Assembly (NCBI GenBank): GCA_012295275.1 | Contig: CM022668.1 | Coordinates: 5,146,001-5,210,000 of the forward strand | Length of the DNA stretch: 64,000 bases | Origin: Chrysomallon squamiferum | Lineage: Eukaryota > Animalia > Mollusca | Reading direction: 5' to 3' | Shown here: piece by piece, positions 18,615 through 31,223 of the stretch | How the letters are laid out: every line of letters begins with the position of its first letter | How positions within the stretch are numbered: position 1 is the first letter of the stretch | Program-made: the position numbers and the translations under genes | Notes under the pieces: model-generated | The model's input: only the letters and a program-made list of their open reading frames with translations | What the model was told of the DNA's origin: nothing | The model's database searches: none

Positions 18615-20214
18615 CATCATCATCATCATCTTTTTCATTAATATCATTGTTGTTATTGATGTTGTTAATGTCAATGCTACTATATGCTATGAAGCATTTT
18701 GTAATTACGTTTTATCGTTATGTGTATTTCGGCAAATCGAAATCTATGTTTTGAAACATGATTTGTTTCAAACTTTTATTTTATTAATAAAAACGTTATT
18801 TTTTTTAAATCAAGTTTTGCTTTGCGTTTTACTAAAATTACCAAGACCTTTGTGGATATCTTTCAAACAACCATAACTTGCAATTTAAAAAATGTCTATA
18901 TAAATATTATTTATTTATTTATTTATTTATTAAGTAATTGCAGAAAAAATAGAATAAAAAATAAAATAAATAAATAAATAAACAGAACGAGAGCTGTTTA
19001 TATATTATCTTATAATACACCTGTATGTCTGTAGGTTGTAGTAAACCATGTGAAAAAAATCAACAAAACAAAAAGAATAATATATTACACTTTACCACGA
19101 ATACATTCCACTTAAACCTGTCTAGCGTGTCTTCCTATCTCTTTCTCGTTTGTATGTGTGCGTACGTGAGTGTCTGTGTCTGTATGTGCATATGTCTGAA
19201 TCCACGTAATACAACCAATGTATAAATATATTAATAATTAATAAACATTTTATTACTCCACAGTTTTATTAAATAGCTAAACGTATCAGTTTGTACAAAC
19301 ATATAACAACAACAAAATAATAATAATAATAATAAATAAATAATAAAAAGAATAATAAAAAGATCCTAACGACATAGCGACGAAAATCTCAAACTTCGCA
19401 AGGTTCCGCTTTGTTCGGATGATCAAAAGTATGACGTCAAACAATTGCAATAACGTCACTCGCTGTTCGCTCGGTTCGTGGAAGGTCGTGCATTCTGGAG
19501 AACTCGTGAAATGATTTGAAATACGCTGCTACAATCGGACATTGTCGGCGAGTACATTAAATTTATTTCTACTCGTGTTTATTTTTCAAATCACTTGTCA
19601 GCTTGGTATGAGTATTCAGTGACTGGGTATTCCGAAAATAAATCTATGGTTCTTGATCGGAAATTTATTTTCGAAATTGGCATTTATCAAACTGTCTATT
19701 CAGTTCTTTAATAATCCGATCTAGGTTACTTTGGCGAACCGTCTAAATTAGCGTCCAGTTTAATTAACTTACTAAAATTATTCTAACATTTCGGCTGACG
19801 CTTCTTAATTTAATATCTTTTTTTAAATCTGAATAATTGTTTATAATAGTGTACGACACAAAACAAACGTCTTTTGTAGTTAATAGGACTAGTAAAGAAA
19901 CAGAAAGATAAACACTTATACACTAACATACAGACACACAAACATAGAAACAGAGATAAATAAAACAGGAGAAAAATGAGAAGTGACAAGAAGAGAAGAA
20001 AGAAGAAAAAATAAGAAGATACAAGAAGAAAAAGAAGCCAGATGATACAAGAGAAAGAATAGAAGAAGGAACAGCTGTAAAAACTATCCGAATCAAACAT
20101 TTTTACAATAGTTTTGTCTTTGTTGTTGTTCTTTTATTTATTTATTTATTATTATTTTATTTTTTTTTTGCTTAGTTCATAACTGTTTTTGTTTTTATTA
20201 CTAACACTACTAAT

Positions 20215-20660
20215 CCGTTTGTAAACTTTAAATGAAATAAAATGAAATTAAAAATGAAGTTATAAACTATTCTGTTGTTGGTTTTAACTATTTACTGTAA
20301 ACATCAAATATGAAATAAAAACTATTTTAAAACCTTTTTTTTTTTTTTTTTTAAACTATTTTTCTGTGAACTATTAATTATTAAATGACATAAAATGATT
20401 ATTTTTTTAAATTCTTATGTTTGTTTTTGCTATTTTCAGTAAACCAATAACTATTAAATACAATAAATGTGATTTTTAAATGTATTGTATTTGTTGTTTC
20501 TTTTTTACCATTTGTGTAAACAATTATTAAATGAAATAAAAACAATTCTAAAACTGCTTTTTTGTATGTTTATACTATTTGCTGTAAACAATTAATTGAA
20601 ATAAAAATGATTTTAAAATTACTCTGTGTTTGTTTTCTTTCTTAATAATTTACTACTAAC
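20215..20660. repeat. Degenerate AT-rich ~70-bp tandem repeat (~6-7 copies)
   Basis: Recurrent CTATTT..TGTAAAC..TTAAATGAAATAAAA..ATTTTAAAA motif at ~65-80 bp spacing. Confidence 0.6.
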
Positions 20661-23214
20661 AATACTAAGATTATTTATTTAATTAATATTATTATCGGTT
20701 GTGTCATGTGCTTTTGAAAGAAAAATCTAAATCTTTATTAATTATTCCTCACCATAGTAAATTATTATTATTATTATTAATGAACGTGTATTTTATTATT
20801 TAAACAAACTGTACTTTAAATGCAGAGACGTTGAGTCACCTGAATTACTCATACTTGAAAATGAGCTGTCCTGGGGGACTGTTCACCTTAGGTACAAAAA
20901 AACATAACATCAGTGTCAAATTTCATTTGAAAATATCTGAATTAGGTGTAGAATATAAAATAAAATATATCATCATAATAATAAACAAATAGTTTCCGTG
21001 TGTTTATTGGTCTATGAGTCTCTTTTTCTGTATATTAAGCCCACGTTTTTCGTTTTGTTATTAATTATTCATAATTATAAAATCATTTTGGAATATATAC
21101 TGACATACCTGTGTGTATGAATAAAAGCTATTTTTTGTTGTTGTTGTTGTTGTTGTTTTTTGTTTTTTAATCGATTCTGGTTCTGATTCATCTCTTGAAT
21201 CATTCTGTAGCTACCTTGCCGGTATTGACTGGATCCAGAATTACGTAGTATAAATATATATATATATATAACCAAGTTGATACAATTAGCATTAAGGTGT
21301 ATGTCTGTTTATCGATATATATAGACGCCTGTGTATGATTTTGTACCATTACATGTGTTTGTATGTCCTCACAGGATACATTCATATTGTACAGTTTTAT
21401 CTACTTCGCGTGACAAGTTGCTTAAATAGTATTGTCAAAAATTAAAATAATATCCCTGCAATTATATCCGATAACAAATGCATAAATAAAAAATGAAAAG
21501 ATAAAATCAAAATAAATAAATAAATAAATGGTAATTTAAGTTCAGATAGTAAGTATCCTTAAGACTTATTCATATCTTTGTTTGCCCTTAGGAAGACTTT
21601 TCGCATTTAAACTCCAGTTCTAAGCGTAAATCACATCAACACCGTGCACGACGTTCACGTCAGCCAGACAGCTACAATGCAGCGTATGCGGCAGATTTAC
21701 AACTACAAACTTCCTGTTATCAGCAGCAGAGACAGCGTTACACCTTAAATAAATAAATAAACACACAAAAAAAAAAAAAAAACAAATAAATAAACAAAAA
21801 AAAAAAAAAAATAAAAAAATTAAATAAACAGACTGCACACTGTTTAATATTATTTGATGATGAAATAGACTGTATATATATATATATATAAATATGCTGA
21901 ACCCATCGTATGAAGAAAATCAACAACAACTTATTTATATCTTTGTGTATATTTACGAACACGTTTCTCATAAAAAAAATGTGTACGACATTAACTTCAG
22001 GCAAACCGTTATAGTGCAATATATTATGTTTGATGTTGAAGAATTATCAACTGACGCCTTTATAGTAGAAAATATGTCAGGTGAAAGTTTATTATTTTAA
22101 AATCTTTTAAATTAATGCTTGTGTTTTGTAATGGAAGGCGAGGGAATTAATTTCTTCAATAATCTTGTAGAGATTTTCAAACGTTGGAATGACATCATTA
22201 CTCAACATGTGTACTGTTCTTTATTAAAAACATTTCTGTTTTCTTTGATTGGGAGGGGCGAGCAAGTCACGTGTACCCAGTGTGTATAAATAACTGAGTG
22301 TCACCTGACTGCGTACAACGAGGCTATACAAGTTAAATGCTGAAAGCCGGTAGATATGCATCAGCGATGATTACAATCGGTCAGTTACGCCACTGGTCGT
22401 AGCATTGAGATATATAACGTCTCAGATTACGTAAGATAGGTTATTTTTTCATAAATGCAATCAAAGCTGAAAGCATGTAGATAGATGTGCGTTAGAAGAT
22501 AATGTCATAGTTGTTGGACAGCTATTCCACTTCCCTCCCCTCTGAATACGCATATTTCTTAAGTAAGCGCTCTGGTATCATGGTTACAGAACAATGTTTC
22601 ATTGCGAAATTAAATCATAGCCTATACTCAACCCTTTACGAAAGATTTACTGTTGTTAATCTGGCAAATTAAGATAAAACCTTTCATATCGCATGTAAAC
22701 CCGAAGTTCACTGAACACGCACATGAATTCCGTTGTAAGATAAATTAAAACAAACAAGAACAAATGCCAAAGTAAAATAAACAATAGTTTATTATAAATA
22801 ACATTTACATAATAAAATGGAACACTTTTGTTTTTCATATAAATCTGGGGAGTTGTATCTTCTTTCAAACCAAACATTATTAAACAAAATGACAAAAGTT
22901 TAATTTTATATTTTTAAGCTATTTAATTTTAATATATTTACATTTATATTTATTTCTTGTTTGATAAACAGAACTTGTGAATATTTTCAGAAAAAGACTA
23001 CACTTTTACACTTTAATGATTTTCATGAGAAAATTTATCTAAAATATATTTAAAATACATGTAGTGAATTATTAAATTTGTGGGAGAACAAAGTGCAATG
23101 GTCTGGAATAACAAAATGTTGGTGTTTGGTTTTGTTTCAGATATTCAATCTTTGCTAACAATAAAGTATGACCATTAAAACCGTTTTCTTTTTAACTTGG
23201 AAAGACAAATATTT

Positions 23215-23257
<43 letters not shown>

Positions 23258-25171
23258 TGTGCCTGCGTGTGTGCAAGATTTGTCAAAAAGATATGAAAAT
23301 TCTGCACTAATCAGTTGCCTTTGTATTTCGACTCTTTTGTGTCCCAATAAAATAAAAATGTCAGTCCTGTTCAAAACACAAAACTAAAAAAAGAAGCAGT
23401 CAAGCCATTTGTTCACACACCATCAAAGATACATATTAAAATTATTTTTTGGCTGTCTAAAATGCTTTTTACAATAAGAAAGACAGCACAAAAAAAAAAA
23501 AAAAAAAAAAATTAAAAACATTCATTTACCCAATAATTTAAATTATTTTAATAACCATTTTTTTTTTTTTTTTTTTAAATTTTTTGAAAATTCACGAAGA
23601 GTCAACACAATGAAATAATAATTAAATTGGTTGGAATGCTTAAAGGGAAAGATAAAACACTGAATTTTTAAAACATATATATAATTTAATACTGTCAGAC
23701 ATCAGTTGTTGTTTCTTTTGGGGTTTTTAAAAAAAAAAAAAAAAATGTATTTGTAAGAATACAAAACTATTTTAGGTCATTTATTCAAACCATCTTTCAC
23801 CAGAATGAAAAAAAATAAAATGTGTAATGTGATTTCTTGATTTAATGATTTTCGTCTGATATGTCCGTTATTTCCACCAAGTTCTTTCAGCTTAAAGATT
23901 ACCTCCCTTTGTCATTCTTTCAATTTGAGTTACCTCCCAGGAAATTGTAACTTAATCAGTTTATCTTTTAAAATAACTTGTTTAACTAACTTTTTAAACT
24001 GAGATACAGTATTTGAAATATTAAAATTTCATATTGTTTCAGCAGTTTATATAAACCTGATACACTTCCAAAACACTGTATTGTGTTTTAAATCCCCCTA
24101 TTTTTTTTTTAATAACAAAATAAACCAAAAAGTCTTGCAAAACAACATCCACCTGTCATTTTCTACATTTGTCATAGTATTTATAAATAAAACAGTAAAA
24201 TATAAGCACACAAAATGAAATTAGGCTATTTATCATTACAATAAATTTTAAAATAAACATTTATTGCAAGGAAACACAAATATTATTTAAAAGAAAATGA
24301 GATATGTCATGGTCAAAAGCCTACTGGACGAACTGAATCTTGTCAAGTCACAACTTACAAAACAACAGAAATTTTATAAAAATATAACTTGTCAGTGATA
24401 TGAGCTGAACTAAAAATCTTCTTATTTCCTTATTTTCTGGGATCAAGGTTTTCATGAAAAGCAGAGAATTATCACTCAACTGATTTTACTCTTTTCTATT
24501 TCAAGTTTTTTGTTGGATATTTCTTCTTGGTTTTTTTTAATAATAAAACTTTCAGTTTTTAAAATATTTTTAATGCCACATTCTGGCTTGTTAAATCTCA
24601 GATAAATACAAAATTAATAACATTTTGAGTAAATTCACTCATGCTGAAATGAAAATGCAACAGATTTATTTTTTATTGTCAGACAGTAATACAGAATAAA
24701 TTTCAGTCTTTTCTAGTTTTTTTTTTTTTTTTTTTTAAGTTTTTAATTTTAATTTTTATATAAATAAGTAAAAAAGGGTCAAACCACTGAATTACAATGA
24801 AAAATGTATTAAGTATTTTTTGTTGGGAACAGATCACATATATAAGGAAGAAACAAGTTTGAGAATGTTAATTAAACAGTTGGTTTTTCAACATCAATCA
24901 GCTGATTTTAGAAATTTTCACGAAAACCTCACTGTACAGTATATTTAAAAAAAAGAAAAAAAAGAAGAAAAACACCCCAAAAATAGTTGGTTCTAAACTA
25001 CTTTTCTTGACAACGGGTTTATAATAAATAAATATAATCATTTATTTGTTTTGTACATTTGCTCCTGTATGTACATATATACATTTCTTGGTAACTTTCA
25101 CACTTCTAATTCAACCTGTTCTCACATTTTTATATTTCCCTCCCCATTACTTCCCCTAATATCTATCTATC

Positions 25172-25246
<75 letters not shown>

Positions 25247-26144
25247 AACTCATTCTATCCTTGGGTCCTATAATGCTGGATAAAGTCTTTATAATATGTA
25301 GTAAAAAGAAAATGTATCTGCTTCTGATACAAAAACAAAAACAGACTCAACACAATGAAAAACGTGTTGAGTTCTGTCAGAATCACAATCACTTTTGTCA
25401 ACACCAGTCACATATATTCTTCACAAACACAGAATCCAGGAACACTTTAAATCAGAACTGACGTCTGTTTTTAAATCACACATGAAGCACCTGCTACAAA
25501 ATCAGATGGATGTCTGCTTTAAAATCAGAACCGAAGACCATTAATTATAGTAAACGTATACTTGGAAATGAGGTTTGTTAAGATATGTTGTAAATATCCA
25601 GTTAAATGCAAAATGAAAAAAATAAAATGCCAGAACCGATGTCTGTAATGAAATTAGAATTGGATATCCACCAGTAAACTGGAACTGAACATTCTGTAAG
25701 CACATTTAGAACAGAAGATTACCACAGAATCAGACTAGGTGGTCCGACTAGGTGATATGAATGGAAAACCATGAAGAAATCTGAGAAACTAAATTCTGGA
25801 AAAATGAAGATCTGAAAAACCAAAAACAACAACAAAAATAATAATAATAACAGAATTTTTTTTTTTTAAACTATAAAGAAAAAATAAAACATTCTGAAAT
25901 TAATAACTTGATCTTTTTCAGTTTTTTATGTATGTTTTTTATTTTTATCCCATTATATCCAAATAAAAATAGCTTTTATTTCAAATGATCGTGGCTTATT
26001 ACAAAAATTTCTGTTTGACATACTTTTTTTTTATTAATAGATATTACTAATACATACAGGCTTTGTATACAGTTTTTCGAAAACTGATTTGATAACAAAT
26101 TTGTTGAACAAAATTTATCAAGTTTTGGTGGTTTTTTTTACCTT

Positions 26145-29100
26145 TTATTCTACTCCATGGGCAAAAATCATCACCAGTCCTGGTTCCATAATAAGATCTT
26201 CAGGCATGTGTTGATTTTCACACGCCATTACCACAACTGCTTGTTTGCCTGCAAGGAGTGAATTTTAAAAATATATACATATAATTTCCAAATATTTATA
26301 TCAATCAAAATAACATTTTTAAAGCTTTAAAAGCAACTTAATTATTGATGATCCAGAATACACACAATAAGTTGTTTCAGTATTCTGAAAATATTCCATA
26401 AAAATATGATGTGGTAATAGAATTATTAATATGATAGTCTTTGAAGAATTTTAATTTTTAAAATAAAAACAATTTTTGTTTATATATATTTAGCTTCTTC
26501 ATATGTGTAATAAAAAGTTTATAATAACTTGTGAAATGACAACTAAATTTTTCTGTTTAAAATACATTGGCTTTCCCTGTCACAATCTCATGAAAACAGA
26601 ACTTTAGAAAATGATACACTAAAGTTTCTGTGCTTCAAATGTATTAACCAGATGCATTTAAAAACTTTCTTATAGTAGTCATTTGTATACATTCAGTAAA
26701 CATGTTCACATTAAAAAACCCAGAACCAAATGTTTTCATTTAAAATAAAATGGATTTTGACAGCACAGAAGCTTACAAAGTAAAAACACAGAAAATGAGA
26801 CTTAAAAAAAAAAAAAAAAAAAACAAATGAAAATCATTTTACACTTTCAACATGTTTCAAATCTTTTACCTGGTATTCTTTTTGTGACATAGTTTTCATA
26901 CTGACGTCTGTTAAGTTGTCTCGTTTCCAAGGTGCTCAACCCCAGCGGCCACCTGCGTTCATGAGCGTTTTCCATCAGTTCGTTGACAATGTGGGTGGGG
27001 CAACCGCTGTCAATCAAAGCGCGCTTGATGACTGCTTGCAGGACAGCATCTGGGGTGGAGATCATTCCCCCCCAGCGAGTCACTCTGGCTGCTTGGAGGG
27101 CTCCCACCCACCTAAAACATTAAACACATGTTAATTATTATTTTTTTTTTTTTACAAAACTGAAGAAATAAAAAGTGTTAGTTTTCTAATTGTCATTTTC
27201 AGGACAGAAACTGGAGATTTTACCAACCTTGTCTCCTTCATTTTTATGTCTCTCACTGACTAAAAATGAAATTATTACAGTGAAAGCTATCAAAACTGGA
27301 CCTCGATAAAGTGGACATACCCCCCCCCCATATACACACATACCAAAAACTGAATGATTTCTATAATCTAGTGATTTATAAAGTGACTAATTGTAAAATC
27401 ACAGCAAGCCAAACACTTTTCAAATCAGTTTTGAGATTTTAGGATACATATTAAATAATTTTTTTTAAAAATAAAAAATAAATCTGTATTCCAATCTCAA
27501 AACCAAAATGCATTATCCCAAAAATTTGGTACATACTCTGTCTCTCTAATTAATAATGTGCTGAAGAAAAAAAAGAAAGGAGATTTATCTGTATGTTGAC
27601 AAACCGTATCACATCCTCATTTTCCATCGTTGCTTGAATTTCTCTCATCCTTGGATTCGACACCCGCATTGATCTCATGTACTCCTTAAATTAAAAAAAT
27701 TAAAATAAATAATTAGTGCATCTTTGCTGATAAATCCTTATAAAAGATTTTTCTTAAAAAAACCCATATATATCTTTGGTGATAAAAGAAATAGTCCAAA
27801 AATATTGTGTTTACTTTCAAATTGTTTTTGGAGGTCCATTTTTAATTAAGAATGAATCACAACAATAAAAATAAAAATGTAGTTAAAAGTTATCTAGTCA
27901 TGGCCCTGTGTATCCAGTTTTAAGTTCATTAAAGTCAGAACACCTTCTTCTGATGTTATAAGACATTTTGTGATATTTCCATTTTGTTTTTCTCTTAAAT
28001 GTCACCATGGCCTATACAGTTTAAACTGTAAAACAACTAATACATGCTAATATAAAAATATAAAAGTAAATGACTGTGTTTAAAATACAGGTGTAAAAGA
28101 ACCTGTAAGTATGTTTGACATATTCCTAGTTGTGAATATTTGTCATATAAATACAAAATATATTTTATTGTTTTACTGTTTTATTAGCAACATTTAATTG
28201 CTAGATCCTAATACAATAATAAGTGGAAATTACAAAATTTCTTATTTAATAAAAGTGAGACATAGACAGCTTTATCACAGCAGAAAAGTTAACTTTCAAG
28301 TTAAGACAGAACACAAACACAATTGTGTGTAAGTGAACAATACATCATGTCTTCTTCTTTGAAAGCAGTGCACACACACGTGTAGTCTAAACTTAGTTCC
28401 AGCTAAGAACAGATGACATTTTTAAAATATGTGGTTAAAACCCCCCAAATAATCTGTTTCCATTATAAAGCAGTATGCACACAACCAAACACAGACACAA
28501 TGACACATGCATACACACATCAGGACTCACTTTCAACAGACAGATTTCTCGTTTCTGCTCATTCAGGGCCAATTTCTGTTCTTCCATTTGTGAGATCATT
28601 TCTGACATCTTCTGTTGCATCTGAACAACCACTACTCTCAATTCCTTTGTGCAGTTATGATCCTGAGAGTTTTGGGAATAAAAAAAAAGTTAAATTTTTT
28701 TTTTTAAATTAAATACACAGTATATCTAGGAAAGATTATTTACAAAGACATTTTGCACTGAATTTTTGAAAATTTATATTAATTTCAATGTAATTATTTT
28801 ATTCCATTAATAATGTATTTAATTATTTTTTTTGACTGATGAATTATAAATTTTATAATTTAAATTCTAAAGTTTTAGTTTATTTAGATATGGATTTTAT
28901 TATTAAAATTATGTTACAAGTTGACACTTATGAAAAAACCTACATCAGCTTTGTAAAACACAAAGACTAAGTTAGTATGTCATTTTAAAAAGGTTCAGTT
29001 ATTCTTAATTCACAGACAAAAATAACTTCGGGAATATTATCCATAACATTAATAAAGATTTAATGTTTAAAAATGTATCCACTAAACTATCTGCTTTTTT

Positions 29101-30329
29101 TCTTTTTTTACAATTAATAAATCTCTATACATTAAAATATAAAATTGTTTTAATTTGTTATTACAGAATACTTCAAAATGAAAATACATTTGCATACAAA
29201 TATTTCTTAAGTTATTCTTCTTTCTGGCAACTAAGGCTTAAATAAAAAACAATTTCTTCTCTAACATTGTAAATAAAAATTTAAGTAAATACATTCTTCT
29301 ATTACAAATGACTAAACCATCAAAATAACTGCAAACAAATTTATATATATGTATTTAAATAAAGCCTTTCGGGATTTGTTTTTGGTTTTTTTATCATTAT
29401 TATTATTTTTTTTTTTAAATATGACAACCAACCTTCAGTTCATCTTTGGGAACCACTAATCCACAGCCCAGCTCACAGTGTACCGGTTTTTTGGGGTTGT
29501 GATCGCACTCCTGCAGGTGTGCATGCAGCTGGTCAAGTTTGACGACAGCTGGGCAGCCGTAGCTGGCGTTATCACAGGATATGACGAGGCGAGAGAGAAG
29601 ATTCCGCAATATCCGAGGAACCTGTTTGAGCTGGTTTGGAGTAATCGGACTGCGGTCAACAGGACATGTCGGTTGCCGTGTCAACCACTCTTGAATGCAT
29701 GCGGAACAGAATGCGTGTTCGCATTGTGGGGCCTGAATGAATTAAAAACAAACTAAATAAGGTTAAAACAATTGTTTTGCTGTAAACAACTTGTTGTTTT
29801 TGTTCATTTTTGAAATTCATTGTTATAAATGTTTTTAAAAAAAATTATCATTTTAATTGTGAAACACATTTTCAAGTGATCTTAAAATAACATTTCTGTT
29901 CGAAATGTCATTTATTTTATATTTGTTAACAAGAGGTCCTTAAATAATTATTATTTCTGAATACATTTCAACTTTCAAATATCTATGAAAAACACATTTA
30001 TCACATTTGTGTGATTTCTAATAATTATGATTGCTATTATTTCAAATATTATTATTATTATCAAAACTAGTACTTGTTGTCATAATGGCAAAAGCAGCAG
30101 TAACATCAGTATTAAAATAGTAGTTGTTACTATTTAATTTTTATTATTATAATTGTTATTTTGTAGCTGCATTCTGGTGAAAATGGTGACACCTATGTTA
30201 TGACAGATGATGACAGCATTCTGCTGACACAAAATATACCTGAAGAGGATCTTCTAACACACCACTACAGATAGTACAAATCAATTCCTCATCTACTGTT
30301 CCCTCAAATCGAATAACCTCATAGCCCAT
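26145..30329 (-). CDS. RNF41: E3 ubiquitin ligase NRDP1, ~315 aa
   Basis: Exons (minus) 30329-30240, 29732-29433, 28662-28531, 27684-27605, 27111-26870, 26248-26145. MGYEV.RFEG.VDEELIC.ICSGVLEDP.QAPQCEHAFC..CI.EWL.RQ.TCPVDR RING; USP8-binding C-domain ARVTRWGGMISTPDAVLQAVIKRAL..SGCP....ELMENAHERRWP.GL.TLETRQ.NRR.YENYV.KRIPGKQAVVVMACENQHM...EPGLVMIFAHGVE. An acceptor at 30341 implies an upstream non-coding exon. Confidence 0.97.
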
Positions 30330-31009
30330 TATGAGTTGTCCTGAAGTATAAATAAAGAATTTACAAAAAATCCTGTACATTTTAATTTTATCAGTTTTGT
30401 TTATTCAAAAGAAACTTTTAAGAAAAAGCAGGAACAATAATGCTGATGGTAAAGACTTTTAAATGTATATATTCTTAAAGAATAATCTTCTTATTGATGA
30501 TAATTAAACAAAAATGTCAAAGTATGTTTAACGCACACACACAAAAAAACTATTTATTTATATTAAAGGTAAAAAAAAAACAAAAAACATTTCTGATTTC
30601 GTATAATTTAAAAACTATTATTATTAAGTACTTTCATCTATAACATATCTCTAAAACTATATCTGTCCATCTGTATATATATGTGTGTGTGTGTGTGCAT
30701 ACATGTATAAATACAAGTCTTAAATTCGTCATAACAAATAACTAAGTAGCTACAGTGATTCGTTATTTCATTGATTAACATTTTTATTTTATCATTTGTA
30801 ATTGTGTATTCTGTAAATCTAAATGTAATCACACAACCAATATTAACCCATAACATACGCGTGCAGTTTAGGACAGTATATGACAACATTAGTATAGACA
30901 ATTAAACAAATAACTGTATATTACCATAAAAAAAATATTTTCAAAGTCTCCTAAAGATGAAATATATAATAAAAAATAAACAAATATTGAACTACAGAAT
31001 CCAACTTAT

Positions 31010-31223
31010 CTTCCTCAAAAACGTGCACTGCGCAAGCGCTGTATGTTAAAGCAAGAGGAGATAATTCTAATTCATATATTGCAAAAACGGCGCTGCTGTA
31101 AAATAATTTTTCATTGGTTAATTTGCTTTGATTGAAGCGGGAATTCAAAAGACGAACACAAAACGGGCACTTTCTAATGTTGATTATATCAATTATTTGA
31201 ATCGTTTAATAAGCAAATATATA
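31010..31223. promoter_or_regulatory. Putative shared promoter of RNF41 (-) and KIF23 (+) with cell-cycle type motifs
   Basis: NRF1-like TGCGCAAGCGC 31029-31039, inverted CCAAT (ATTGG) 31113-31117, E2F-like GCGGGAA 31137-31143 abutting inverted CHR TTCAAA 31144-31149, CHR TTTGAA 31196-31201 just upstream of the KIF23 ATG. Confidence 0.55.

Noticed and set aside
21855-21902. C/D-box snoRNA-like TGATGA...CTGA
   Set aside because: Too short (<50 nt) and mostly (TA)n microsatellite.
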